Shown in pieces: positions 12,940-25,649 of a stretch of DNA of 64,000 bases (its first letter is position 1; each line of letters opens with the position of its first letter). Position numbers and translations under genes: made by a program. Below the pieces are notes generated by a model that worked only from the letters and a program-made list of their open reading frames with translations, ran no database searches and was not told where the DNA came from. This DNA comes from Ramazzottius varieornatus. Lineage: Eukaryota > Animalia > Tardigrada. The stretch lies in the NCBI GenBank assembly GCA_001949185.1, contig BDGG01000002.1, positions 3,035,826 through 3,099,825 of the forward strand, given 5' to 3'.

Positions 12940-14970
12940 ATGGTCAAGAAGCAGAACAAGGTAAAGCGTAAGGCCGACACGCAGAAGATGGATAAGAAGC
13001 CTTCCACCAACACGTCTTCCATAGAATCCGTTGTGGACTTGACCACATCCTCCGAGAACTGCGTTCCACCGCCGTCACCATTTGCTGGCAGTGAGCTGAG
13101 CATTTCTGTTGGAACTACAAACGTTCGAGTTCCAAATTTGAAGAAGTCTACAGGGGGAAGGAAGAAGGACTCGCCAGTTTGGAATTTCTTCAAGTATGAC
13201 GAAGAAGGCGACCAGTCGACGTGCATGGTTGAAGGCTCCTCGAAACAACTTACCAGCTGCTCTGCAGCAAAAAACAGAGTTCATCTGCACAAGCATCCAG
13301 CAGCCTACAAGGAATACCTCGAACTGTTGGCAAAACAGAAAGCTGAAAGGGAGAAGGATTCCATTTCGGGCGTTTCCTTCAAACAAGTAACGCTCGAAGA
13401 GATGGCTCAATCAGGAAAGCCGTACGATAAAAACCATCTTAGGTAAATCGATTGATCGACTGATTCGGCCACTCCGATCCGCAAAATCTGATCTTTGATC
13501 ATTGTTTGCACGCACGATAGTACACTCCAGAAAGTTGCTCTCTATGTTCTGCGGTCGCCATCCATGACGCTGAATGGCGTCGAAGACGAAAGCTTCCACG
13601 ACTTGATTCATCATCTGGACTACCGAGCGCCTTTACCGATACGCAAGACTGTACGTGGCTTCATGGACTCAACTGAGGAGCGACTTCGAGAAACAATTGA
13701 AGATCTGCTGAAGAATGCCGGCAAAATCTGTCTCACAACTGGTACGCTTCATGTTTTCTTTCGTTTTTCAGAATTCCGGATGTTGGATTTCCAATCTGTT
13801 TAGTCCTCGTAGATATCTGCACCAAGGAAAGGTATGACAGAAGCATTCCTCGGGATCACCGCCCATTTCACCGACGGGAAGAGTCTTGTCAGGCATCACA
13901 TGTCAGGCTGTGTCTCTTTTCCGTCTCGCCATACGGCAGATAACATCTGCGTGTTGTTCAAACAAGAACTGACCAACTGGGGCATCAAGCCGCAGAACGT
14001 GCCGATCGTCCAGACCGACAACTGCTCTTTGGATTTCCAAATATTGGACTTTCAGAGCAAAGTGTCACTTTGTGTTGCGTCTTGTTGTAGATAACCGTTC
14101 GCATGCAAGCAGGAAAGGAAAGTACGATCCACAAAGTGGCTCCTCATTTGAAAGACATTTTGGTACACCTGAAGCAAATGGAGACTCTCGCAGACGAGTT
14201 GGAACTGGGCTCTCTAGAAGTTCCTGATCCTTTCTTTCCTTTGGTCCAAAGTAGGATATCGCGGTTCTTGCATTGTCACACTTAATCTACGTTCACGTGA
14301 TCTATTCGTCTATTTCAGAAATGCGAATAGACATGGTGCGTCGTTTTGGTATATGGTTGAACCCCGAACATGAAAAGTTCGACCCTATCATAATGGCCGC
14401 TACTCTGCTACATCCCAAGCTCCGCCGAGTGTTGAAGGAAAACGAGCGGGATATCGCAAAGAAAGGTGCTCTTCAGTACAGTAAGAAGTGGTACCCAAGT
14501 GAGGGTTCACAACAAGCCCACAGCTCAGTCTCAAGTAGGTTGTACTCAGTAAAGATTCCTGTTCGGAACTTCAAAGTTTGGAATTCCAAAAGTCGTGTGT
14601 TTTCTGTTAGGTGAGAGTTTAGGATTGGATGCACCGGAAGAGAGCGATGTGTTCGCCGGGCTAGCGGAGATGCTTGCCCGGCAGCCTGAACAAGTTATCC
14701 AAAAAGAAAGGAAGTCGCCGATCGAATGTCAGTTAGACTGTTACCTGACGTCTGCAGAAGCATCCAACTGTCCACAAAAGGGAGAACCCAGCAGATTTTG
14801 GGCTGAGCACGCGTCGAAATATCCCGACCTAGCCAGGCTTGCCTTAGACATTCTTAGCACCCAGTGTTCTTCCGCTCCGTCAGAAAGACTGCGAAAAGAA
14901 TCGATTGGTTGGCAAGAAGCTTGAGCAGAAAGTATTTGTTGGACGTAACCAGAAATACCTCAGTTTTGGA
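12940..14970 (+). pseudogene. hAT transposase (BED finger, catalytic core, dimerisation domain), frameshifted and internally deleted
   Basis: SPVWNFF..STC BED-like start; FLGITAHF; RHTADNI; VQTDN; AATLLHPK; FWAEHASKYPDLARLALDILSTQCSSAPSER hATC motif. Confidence 0.9.
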
Positions 14971-15284
14971 ATTCCAACTCTGTATATCCAATAACGCCTC
15001 TTTAGTGTTGCATTAAACTCGTAGCTATGCCATAATGTTGGATTGTTAACTGTTTATAGAATGTGGATCTTTAGTTTTCCGTTGTGTTTAACTGTCGGAT
15101 CGATCAAAGAAAAGTACCACAGTCAAGACAGGACACTGAGCCCACAAAATCGATAAAAAGAGCCAACAGTCGTAATTACTCTTCTGACATTCATCTAGGA
15201 ACAACAAAAGGCGTCTCAGTTGAGACTGCGCCAAGCGCTTAGAGCTTTTAAGGAAGACTTAGGGCAGAGCTAAGGAATGCATTG

Positions 15285-16606
15285 CTAGACAAGGTCTTTT
15301 CCCCTAAACATGGCATAGTAGTCAGAGGCGCGGCTTTCGAAATCCAGGTCTTCCTCCTTCCTGTCCAGAACCCGCTGACGGTCTTCCATTCCGTACCTCT
15401 CGGATCTCTCACGATCCTCTCGTGCTCGCTTTTCCGCCAAGTCTCGCTTTTCACGATTACGAAGCTGGATCCGATCGAGAACCTCCTGTTGACGAGTGTA
15501 AGTCATTCGCTTCATTTCCCCATCACGCCAAGATATAACTTCTTGGTTCCTGCGGTGAACGCAGAGATCCGGCGTCGGTCGTGCGCCACCACGAAGTCTG
15601 GCTTGACTTTGTTACCATCAGTCTTCCAGAAATGGCCACCAGACTTGGCATTTGGAGCTCCACAATCCTTTGGAGTTCCAAATCGAACACGTTGCTGCAC
15701 AGGAGGACTAACGCAGACGGTGTTGCTCAAACACCGAGACGCTTCCGGTCGAGTTTTGTGGAGTTCCACTGTCTGAATCTCCAAAAATCACTGCGACATC
15801 AGGTTTTCGTCCCAGGTTGTGCATGTCCGACTGCCGTAGTCGCATAGCACAGATACCAGTCTTGACGAGAGGCGTAGCCTGAGCTTTTTCCTCAAGGTCC
15901 TGTTGACGGAACTGATCTTCTGAAAAAAAGAAAATACGACGATACAGTGAGAAGTTGACCAGAGCGGTCCACAGAACCACCTATATCACCAGCGATGGAA
16001 AACCATAAGGGACCTCTGCATGAATAATGGTTTTACCCTCGACAGGAAAATCAGGAAAAATCCTTACCTAAAGCTTTGAGACCACCGGCGGTAAGGGTCA
16101 GCTTCTCGGAACTTCCCATAGCTTCTTTCAACAGATCTGCGATGTCCGACATTGCAGAGGATCGGCTCATCCTGCAAAGCAAAACTATTAACAGTGTGGT
16201 TTGTAATCAAATGGGAGCTCGGCAAACAAAACGTACAAGATTGTTGTATCAAGTGGCGCACGGTTAGGTGTTACTGGCTGGAGGAGTGCGCCTCTCAGGC
16301 TAGCAATCTTGCTAACAATCTTGTATGTTTCGTTTGCCTTGCTTTCGAATACAGCAGATTATGAAAGTCTGGCGTAAGTAGTACCTTTCACTTTTAGAGT
16401 CGTCCGGGACCAGGAAATCTTCCTTCACGGCAGGTTGTGATGTCCCGTTCATCCAGAGTGTCTCTCCTTAGCATCCCACACTATTTAAATAGTCACCCAG
16501 CTCTTCTACGACGACAGAACACTGGCCAGGTTGGATGGTATCGCTACAAGTGGCCAGGATGATGGCTTGTCCGGGTCTGATGACGACCGCTCCTCCTTAC
16601 TTGAAC
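15285..16606 (-). pseudogene. Second, convergent multi-exon ORF inside the hAT element; unknown product
   Basis: Several minus-strand exon-like blocks bounded by GT/AG (e.g. MSDIADLLKEAMGSSEKLTL, EDQFRQQDLEEKAQ) ending in a charged coiled-coil-like tail; interrupted by stops and frameshifts. Confidence 0.45.
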
Positions 16607-17379
16607 CTACGGTTTTCGTAAGGAAGACAAAGAACATCGGAAGGAAGATGCACGAGAAAATTCAAAGACGAGAGAACTTTGTACTAATAAGTTCCAAAGA
16701 CCAGACTGCGAAACTTCATTTTTCAGCCCCCTGATGCGAAAGGGCTGATCATACCACTATGTGGTAGCGCCGGGCGAACCCGCGCCAGAATTGATATGTA
16801 CACCCGGACAAGATGCCTCGGGCACTGCATGATCGATGTAGCACGACAGACGGGCATTCCATACGCTCCTTAATACTGCGACTGGAATGACAGCTTTACG
16901 GGCATACTATATTGAAATTACAAAATATCGTCCTAATAATTCAAATAATTTGAATTGCTGTCGAAAGCTGGATTCCGATTAATTGTAATCGTCAGTTCAG
17001 TAACGGCGAACTACCGGCAATTCGAATTACGGCTAATAGAACGATTTCGATTAATCCTAATTGTAATTCACACTGCAAAAGTTGTATCGGAACAACACTG
17101 TCTCACTGCAAAATCTCCCTAAAAAGTGAGAAGACTAGCAGTATTCAGAATGAAAACTGAAGACGATGGTTTTACTCGCAAGGATAAGAAGCTCTGAGTT
17201 CCGAATTAACTCTTCATTAATACGACGATTTCAAACGGATTAACTCACAAAAGACCGAAAAGTCATTTTCGAGCTCTACAATCCCCACCGATTTCGAAAA
17301 GCTGGCTCGGAAGATCATTGATAAACTAACATGTCAGAGTGCAACATAGTCGAATGGTATACAGATGAAATTTTTGTGT

Positions 17380-18313
17380 TTACTGGAGGAAGTCGAGCGT
17401 GGCAGCAGGACAAGACTGTTGATCAACGGGAAGGAACCTTCTGACGTCGACGTTGTTTTGCAGCAGGATGCGGTCCACCTCAGCCCTAACATCTGCCGTG
17501 TATCCTTCCGCTGTGCGGCTCAACAACCACGCGGAAACTAAAAAACAGTCATTCATCACGTCTGCACGTGGTCCACGTGGAACTGATGCTTCGCACCAGA
17601 GATAAAGAAAATTTCTCACCAAATCGTAAGTTTAACCCCGGTGCATCCCGACATGAGTACGCCTAGAAGTGCAGAAAACCAAGAGGAAAATAATAAACAA
17701 TTCACAACGTGTATTAGTCAAGTGCCGGGAACCATGAACTAACCACGCTGAAGTTTTCGTAGTCGGTTCTCAAGATCCATAGCTCTGCTTCGGCACCTTG
17801 TTCAGGGAAGACTACGTGTAGTTTGCCTGGTTCTTCCGGGTTCTGGATACTGGCGATCCCAAGAATGTCTTTGGCTTCTCCGTTATTACTGCAACAGTAT
17901 ATCGGGTGAATCTGTCGCACCATAGCTATTGAATGAGTTTGGAGTGCGCGAACCTGTTGATTCCTTTGTTGTTCACTTGAACGGTACCATCAGGGAGAGG
18001 GCTGTATTCGGCTGTGACGCATTTCAGACCAATCTCGAAAGCAGCAAAGTAGCGGTACTGTTCATACCATTTGCCCACATACTAAAATGAACAGAGACCA
18101 TTTTATTTTTTCGTTACAATTTATGTTTTACCCGAGGTTTCGGCCGCTGACAGTTCAGGAGCTTCGATACAGACAGACCTGAGAAACATCGAAGTCACTC
18201 ATAGCGGCAGCCTGTTGACGGTCGCAGCGACCCGGAAGGAGGACTTGTCCTTGGACTGTATGGCTCAACACCACCAGGGCAGCCACGATCAAACTCACAA
18301 GTTTCAGATCCAT
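17380..18313 (-). CDS. Apolipoprotein D-like lipocalin 1, secreted, 5 exons
   Basis: Signal peptide MDLKLVSLIVAALVVLSHTVQGQ; DFDVSQYVGKWYE (SCR1), CVTAEYS, WILRTDYENF (SCR2), AYSC, AWLLSR (SCR3), VDQQSCP. Confidence 0.93.
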
Positions 18314-18855
18314 CGTTGCGAAGTTTGGAGATGGCTTCAGACGGAGAGAATGAAAACTCGATGGACTAACTGGCTGTCAGAATATCGGAAATTGGTAATC
18401 ACCGATTGATTGTCAGTGTTCTTCACGGATTAAGTACTGAGCAACGCAGATGAATCTACCTATGCATAGCTGTTCTTGGCAAGCTTGCCGTTCTTGTAGA
18501 TAGGTTGCATTGTTCTTGCCGAACCAGGTAGTGCATATCAGCAAACTTTGCCTCGATGATGAGAAAACCTGGTGACTTTCCCGAAACTTCAACCGATGAG
18601 TAACAATACGGGACTCTGACTGCGCGGCTTTATGATATTGCATTTCGTATCCCCGTAAACCTGAACATTGTCCTGTCAAATTTGCTCAAAGTCGTTTGAC
18701 CAAGGGCAAAGTAAGTAACTTCTTGCGGTATCATGCATTGGGTTCATAAAATACTTGAAAAATGTTGAAAACCGACAAAAAAAAGAGGCTAGCCGTTGAG
18801 AGCGTGCCATGAGAGCGTAAGGCACGCCCCTGCCGTCTAAACGGGAAGTTCTCCG

Positions 18856-19294
18856 TATAGCACAGGGCCGCAGGTCCAGAAGTACGCTGTAACTGTGCTG
18901 CACACATTACCAGGGCGCTGTACGCTGCGCTTCGCTGTGCTGTGCTGCACAACTTTCAAGTCTAGTGGCTAAGCAGCTGTGCTGCAGATGCACGTTGACC
19001 TGGTGCAACTGCGCGGAGCGCCGATGTATTGACGTGGTTTGTAATTTGGTCAGGGAAATCGGTAGTCAGCCTGGAGAACGTTGCCCCAAAGTACGGCAAA
19101 GCTGAGACGGCTGACGTTCGAATGCCCAAAAACTTTAATTTTTGTTAGGTTTCGGTAGGTGCATCTGCGCGGTAGTCTGGCTTTCTGCTGTATGCTGTGC
19201 TGTGCCGCACAGATTTCTTCAGTTCACGCGCTGCAGCTGTGCTGCAGCACAGTAAAGCTGCAGTGCAGCGCATGCGGCCAGATTCCGTGCTCTA
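18856..19294. mobile_element. hAT-type MITE
   Basis: Ends TATAGCAC / GTGCTCTA; 8-bp TSD GTTCTCCG at 18848-18855 and 19295-19302; GCTGTGCTG subterminal repeats. Confidence 0.85.
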
Positions 19295-19827
19295 GTTCTC
19301 CGTATGTTGATCAGTGTGGGATAATACACACATAAAGTTGCTACCACCAGATGAAAGTTCGACTGTAGCTAAAATGAATTGCAACGTCACTGATAAGCGA
19401 AGCAACTGATCACAACTTTGAATAGTTGAGCAGCCACCATGCTCCCCAATGTTAGCGAACCGTAACTTCGATTACGCTATTTTCCGAAAATAAGGGGAGC
19501 ACCCGAAAGCAAAATGTAGTTACACGTTACGAAAGGGGCGGAGCAAGGCCGTAGCTACAGTTGCAAAGTGAACCGGGGTGGCAACTGAATCTCTGTAATA
19601 TCGACACCGGCCTGTTGATGCGCATAATAATCGTTCATCGTTCCACAATAAGGAAGACTGATATCTGATTTAAATGAGTGCAAAAGCTTCACTTCCTCGG
19701 GCAGATTAATTCCGTAAAATGTTACGCTTATACCCGGTGTACGTATTGATACAAACACACGCATGTATCAAACTTCTGCCCGGATACCGAAATGATGGAG
19801 CTCTAGAGTAACAGTCCTTGATGCTTG

Positions 19828-20026
19828 CACGCACGACGCGAAATTATGGGGCCAGTAAAAATTATGGGACCAGGCCTTTTCGCTACGGCGGTACGGAACG
19901 ACGTACGTACGCGACTGATTCACAGCAATACACTTTTGGACACTTTTCTACGTTTGAATTTGATTTTTGCCGTCTTTCCTTTCGGAGATGCATCCGTCCT
20001 AACGCCATAATTTCCCGTCGTGCGTG
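19828..20026. mobile_element. Tc1/mariner-type MITE (same family as 57715-57885)
   Basis: TIR CACGCACGACG.GAAATTATGG with TA on the right flank; body matches the copy at 57.7 kb in inverse orientation. Confidence 0.8.
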
Positions 20027-21166
20027 TACGAGTAGTGAAAATATGGCGTTAGGACGGATGCATCTCCGAAAGGAAAGAGGTCGCTTTGCGAGTTCATTAG
20101 TGGCCTTCCCCTTCCTCGAACCTCACCGCCTGGGGTTCTGCTAGAATTTGTGGGCAGGACGTCCGATCAACGTACTCGAAAGGTTCTTTCAAGATGTTGT
20201 TCATCCTCAAAACTCGTTCGATAGCTTCTGTAGACTGGTAACTGAAACCCTCCGGTTGCCGGCTCAGCAGCCACGAAGAAACTGAAATCGAAAAAACTAG
20301 TGCAAAATTCTCAATGTACGCGTGACTGCGATGTACTGTTTCTCATAATGTTATTGTCCTAGAGTAAAGCCAGAACTTTTGCAGGGCGATCGCGAATATA
20401 CTGGTATGTTTGCTTACCTAGACGGAAAGGTCCAACGTTAGTGCACGAGTACGCCTGTTGGAGAAAAGAAATTGTGACAAAGAAAACAATTAGAGACGAC
20501 GTTTACTATGGTGTCCACTTGCCACTGCGTAATCAGTGTAGTCCGTCGCCACTATCCAAAGAGACCTCGGCGGGCCGGTGCCTACAGATTGTCGGAAAGT
20601 CTGACTCTGAGATAAGAAGCGGTTCGTGTCCTACGCTGTACATCGATACCTGGGAATTCAACGTTGAGCTTCGCCTGTTCGGCCGGATCCGGAGCATAAG
20701 CACGACCGATTACCGTGGCTGCTTCCCCAGATAAAAAAGTCAAAATAGTAAGACACTAGAAGTGGATTCGATACACTACCGATTATTACTGGTGTCTAAC
20801 ATCCATCAGCGGTGTCTTGAAAATCTGGCAGGTCTACAACTTGTGTATTCTGCTCTCAGTGTCTTACTAGGACGTTTCAGTTGTACTGCGGGAATACGGC
20901 GAGAGACTGATTCGTGTATCCTCACAGGCGCCCTAAGTATGCGTTACATAGCATTACCGGGATGTTTTATGTCTGCTAAGAGCCAATTCGAACCCCACTG
21001 CGGGTATCTTACCGTTGCACTTTATGATTCTGACCACGATATTGAGCAAGAATTATTAAATTAAAAACTGAGCCAGAAAAGCGCTGTTTGAAATGTCTTC
21101 AGAAACGAAAGAATAGAGAACAAAAGAAAAGACGGTTCCGTACAAGCTCAACACCGAAAAAGAAGA

Positions 21167-21800
21167 ATTTAATTGTCATTGTACAAATACTTCTTAATGG
21201 TTTCCATTTTGTAGTCTATGTCAGACTCGAGGAAGCGGAAATACTTTCCACGTTGATGGCGGCGCTTGTCTGGAACGACCTCGTCTAGGGCGATACGGAG
21301 TCTGAAATAAAAATATCACCAAACACGACCTACGCAAAATGGAAGACACAGTGTTGGGGCACAGTTTACCTGTTGAGGACAGCGGTGACACCTTCGTTCT
21401 TTTCCTCATTAAAGAAAGCAAATCGGCACTTAGAGCGCTAGAGTCTTGCGATTGTTCTTGCCGAAGACTGTCTATGAAACTCGACAGTCCAGCACCAGTA
21501 CTCAGGCCTTCTACGTACTTCCGTAGCTTACCCCCATTAAAGTCTGTAATGTGTAATGAATTAAGAGCGACGGGGTAAAGTGACGAAAGTTGGATTTTCG
21601 AAAGGTTCGTCTGATGCAAAATACACTTTTCCAACTTTTGAATCTTTGGATAGCACTACTAGTCCACTGATGTTAGACGGTACGTACTTCGTTTCAGGCT
21701 CTTCCCGTATCGGTATAGTTGGGAGCGTGAAAACTGACGATCTTCCTCCTGTGACATTGCAAATGGGAAATTCCGTCGAATTCGCTCGTGCTACTGTAAA
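21167..21800 (-). CDS. Unknown gene fragment (3' exons) nested in the lipocalin 2 insertion
   Basis: Exon-like ORFs with GT-AG boundaries ending ...GKYFRFLESDIDYKMETIKKYLYNDN*; no family recognised. Confidence 0.35.
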
Positions 21801-22672
21801 TAAAACAAACACATAGGTGGCTCCGGATACTTCGCTGCGGTTGGTTTTTTTCTGTACGGATGAAAATGTGGAGGCACCCAACCGCTGTGAGGCTAAGTGG
21901 CAATAATGGTGCAAAAAATACGAAAATTGTGTACCGTCACCGCGCGTGTCAGTTTTCCCAAGACGCTAGAAATTTTATTTATTGAGATATATTACTAAAT
22001 TTTTTTATCCACGTTCAATGAGCGGAATATCGGACTCTAAAACTGAAACTGATTCGAAAAAGGACAATTTACGCCAGAAGTTTACATTTGTAGTTTACGT
22101 CAACCACAAGACCGTTTGTGTTTACGGGTGTCCCCAGTAACCACAATGCGAACACGTCCGTGTTTCAGTAAACTTCTTCCACACCGTCCGTGGAAAAATT
22201 TTACCCTTTTGTTCGAACTCTTCCCCCACCCGCCCGCCGCTACTTTCTGTATTCGCATTTTCCACATACAAACGTATCTCGTTCCTTCCGTCACCGTTTT
22301 GTTCGCTCGATTTCATTACAAATGAGGGGGTTCAGCGCGATGGACGTAAGGAATGGCTACCTGTTGAGTGAAGGCTGGATTGGCTACCTGACGACAGTCC
22401 GCGCGTTGCGCTACCTCAACGTATCCCAACTCGTTGCGTGTTCGTTATTACAGGGTCTAGGTCAGACGTAAAACCCAAAGTCCAGTGTGTCAGCGGTGTG
22501 TGTGACACACCATGTTATGCTGTACTACCAACATTACAATCAATCTGCCGAACAGAGCTGGGCTGGTGTATAAAGCGCCATCAGAGGTAACGTACACGAT
22601 CTCTAGTGACGCACGTTTCCATTCTTGTTGGCTGGAGGGATGCGCTACTGTAGGGAGTCATGTTGTAATGTA

Positions 22673-22815
22673 CTGTAATGCTTCTAGAACTTCGCGAATC
22701 ACGTGATCATACGCGTACGGTTGAACCCCGGTCCGAAAATTTTGCCCTACCAGCCTCCTAAGGGATGTTTCGTGCGTATGATGACGTGCTTCGCGAAGTT
22801 CAAGAAGCATTACAG
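22673..22815. mobile_element. Small MITE with TA target duplication
   Basis: ~45-bp TIR CTGTAATGCTTCT.GAACTTCGCGAA.CACGT.ATCATACGC flanked by TA on both sides. Confidence 0.8.
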
Positions 22816-23825
22816 TAATGTTGAAATAATTGATTCAAAACAGTTGTAAAAAGATTTATTTTCCGCGCGCGCGCGTGAGTTTTTGGGAATCCTGATGACG
22901 GTACCAAAGTCCATTATCACTTAATAATGTACGGTGACGGTACACAATTTCCCTGTTTTTAGCAACCTAAGGCATGAACCGCCATTTCTGACCTTCGAAT
23001 CCCGGTGTGGTTTACTTGGACGCTATCTCCATCCGGCAATAAAGTATATTCCGCCGTTACACAAATTAGCCCCAGTTCCGCTTGCATGTAGTAACGCTGC
23101 TGTTCGTACCAGCGTCCCACATACTGCGCACGCAGAAAGAGTGTGAAGAATATACACGATCCTCCGATATTGTACATCTCAAACCTTGGCAAGGTGTCGT
23201 ACCTGACTGAGTGCGGAATCCTTTTTAGCGGTGGCTTTCTCCGCCGCAGATTCCGATCAGAAATACCATGGCGGCAATTACTGGAGCGATACTGTTGCTG
23301 GCAGACACCATGGTGCACAAATGATAAACCACTTATATGTTAGATAGAAGTAAGGGCCAGGCTAATAATTCCCCCCAAGCTGGCTGAAGACCGTTGGAAA
23401 AATACCAACGATCAGTGTGAACTTATGCAAAATTTTCCGCACCTGTAAAAGCGGTGTACGGTCCAGTATTAGTAACTGGTTAGTCTGATACGGTATCTGG
23501 TTACCGTTAATCAAACGTTCATCTGCACCCTATCTGACAGAGTCTGGTCTCCGCGGCCATTATGCCGCTATGATCGTCCAGATAAGCTGTCCGTTTCGCG
23601 GACTTTTGCAGTATACATAGAATTTTTTTTGCCCTCTGGGTGCACATCGGAACTGAGCACTCCCGGGACTCCCCAGTTAGAGGCGCGCTATTTCGGTGTT
23701 GAACAACGTATAGTGGAAGAAAACAATTGCGCGCAGCGTTCTGGGAAAGTAATGTATGATGATTATCAGAAATCCCACTGTGTGACCGGGAGACACGAAG
23801 AAGCGCCCAGAATCCATTCACAACA

Positions 23826-24926
23826 TCAAGGATTTTCTAACTCGGCCAGCTGCGTCACCTTTTGCGGGCAGGCAGTTTGATCCACGTGTTCAAACGGCTC
23901 CTTCAGAATACCATTGCTTCTCAGGACTCGCTCGATGGCTTCCATGGACTGATGACTAAAACCTTTCGGCTGCCGACTAAGCAGCCACGAAGCCACTGAA
24001 ACAAAGAAGAGTGAAGTGGTAACCCGCAACCGCGTACGGGTAAGTCACAGAAACATAAAGCGCGATCAATTTTATCGCTTCTCGGTGGCGCACAAACGAC
24101 ACTGTGCTACGGATGAAACTGTCGATGGCGCTTTGTTGTGTCACCTAATCGGTAGGGTCCAACATCAGTACACGCGTACGCCTGTTGGTACAAGATGGTA
24201 ACGAATCCAAAAGAAGGGCTTCAACTTCGCAAAACAACTTCGAGACGTATCCATACCACGGCGTAGTCAGTGTAGTCGGTCTCGATGATCCACAAGGGTC
24301 CCGCTGGTTCACCGCCTGCGGCAATGCAAGGAGAGGGGTAACACGTTACTCGGCGTATTTTAACAAAACCGTCGTACAACGCGGAAAATCGGTAACCCTT
24401 ACCCGAAAATTCTATGAGAAGTTTTGCCGGTTGCGCGGGATCAGGAGCGTAACCACGACCGATCACCGTTACCACTTCGCTGGTGCTACTGTAAGTGAAG
24501 CACATCGGTCAGTTTGCTGATAGCTAGACTGTCTCTCGCTCAACTTCTGGAGACATCGAAGCTCTGCGAACCTTTGGACTCCGCTGTTGTTTACTTGGAT
24601 GCTATCCTTCCCGGGCATCATGGTGTACTCCGCTATCACACAGACTAAACCAAGTTCCGATGACATGAAGTAGCGCTCCTGCTCGTACCAGCGTCCCACG
24701 TACTGTAAGAATACATGTCTGCGCTCGAGAAAGTAAATGTTTATCTTTTTGTCAGTGCTGCGAGAGTCAGGATTTACGCAGTACGTACCTGTTCCATCTT
24801 GAAGTCCTTTTTCGCGGTAACCTTCTGCTTATCACAGCTCCCGTAAAGCACAATTTGACAATCACACAGCTCGATCAGGATTGCCGCAACCATCAGAGTA
24901 CAGAAAACCTTCCGAGTGGCAGACAT
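23826..24926 (-). CDS. ApoD-like lipocalin 3, secreted, multi-exon
   Basis: Signal peptide MSATRKVFCTLMVAAILIELCDCQ; YVGRWYEQERY, CVIAEY, WIIETDYTDYAV, AYSC-type exon, SWLLSRQP, VDQTACP. Confidence 0.92.
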
Positions 24927-25649
24927 GATTCCGCGTGCCTACTACAACGTACAGTTGGTGAACGGTCGCAGACGATATCACTTTGAATGCCGCGGCGTAA
25001 ACTTTTTTACTTTACTACACCAGGGTGCAACACTTTAAAAAAATACATGCAAAGAACCACCAATACCCAGAAACACTGTAGTGCTGCTGAGCCGCGCGTT
25101 GCCGGGACCAGAAACGCATAATCAAGCTCTTGATTGTGTACGTCAAAGGCGATAGTAGGCTGGGACCAGTGCTTAGCCAGTTGCACCAGGGAATCCATGC
25201 CTTCATTCAAAGACGTGCGAAACAAAAAGGCAAGCACCGCAAGACTCGATTCTGAATACTCCTGTATCCAGTGTCAGCGCCTTGTCGTGTGGGACAGCCT
25301 GTATCATGACAAAGCGAATTTTATGGTAACCTGGTCTCAGATGGACGCGCGGTTCAGCAGCACTACAGTGCCCAGAAAGCTCAAGAAGTCTAACGTGTTA
25401 CAACGCTGCAGCCAGCGTGGGGTATTTTTCGGTTTCGATGGTGTTTAGAATATGAGTCCATCATAGCGCCTTGCAGTTGACCATCAGATAACGCGGTCGC
25501 TTTGTCGTACTTTGTCCGAAGACCATTGAACCTTCTAGACTTAATAGTAATCGCTTTACTCGTGTTTGGATCGCCAGCAAATGCTAAGCCTTAGACACAA
25601 GTTGAAAGATTCGGCAAGAGAGCAGCCAGAGGAGAAAGGATTCAAAAGT

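Larger units (their letters stand above)
12398..17100 (+). mobile_element. Full-length hAT DNA transposon (4.7 kb), decayed
   Basis: 15-bp TIR CAGTGTTGTTCCGAT at both ends; 8-bp TSD TCTCACTG at 12390-12397 and 17101-17108; internal hAT transposase. Confidence 0.95.
20097..23311 (-). pseudogene. ApoD-like lipocalin 2, frameshifted and split by a ~2.2 kb insertion
   Basis: Exon 1 reaches TAA early while EKATAKKD lies in another frame. YVGRWYEQQRYY at ~23.1 kb; remaining exons (VIGRAYAPDP, WIVATDYTDY, AYSC, SWLLSRQPEGF) at 20097-20730. Confidence 0.85.

Noticed and set aside
17380-24926. Lipocalins as tardigrade SAHS proteins
   Set aside because: They have the ApoD-type GxWY, TDY and LSR motifs and Cys pattern, not the FABP-like SAHS type.
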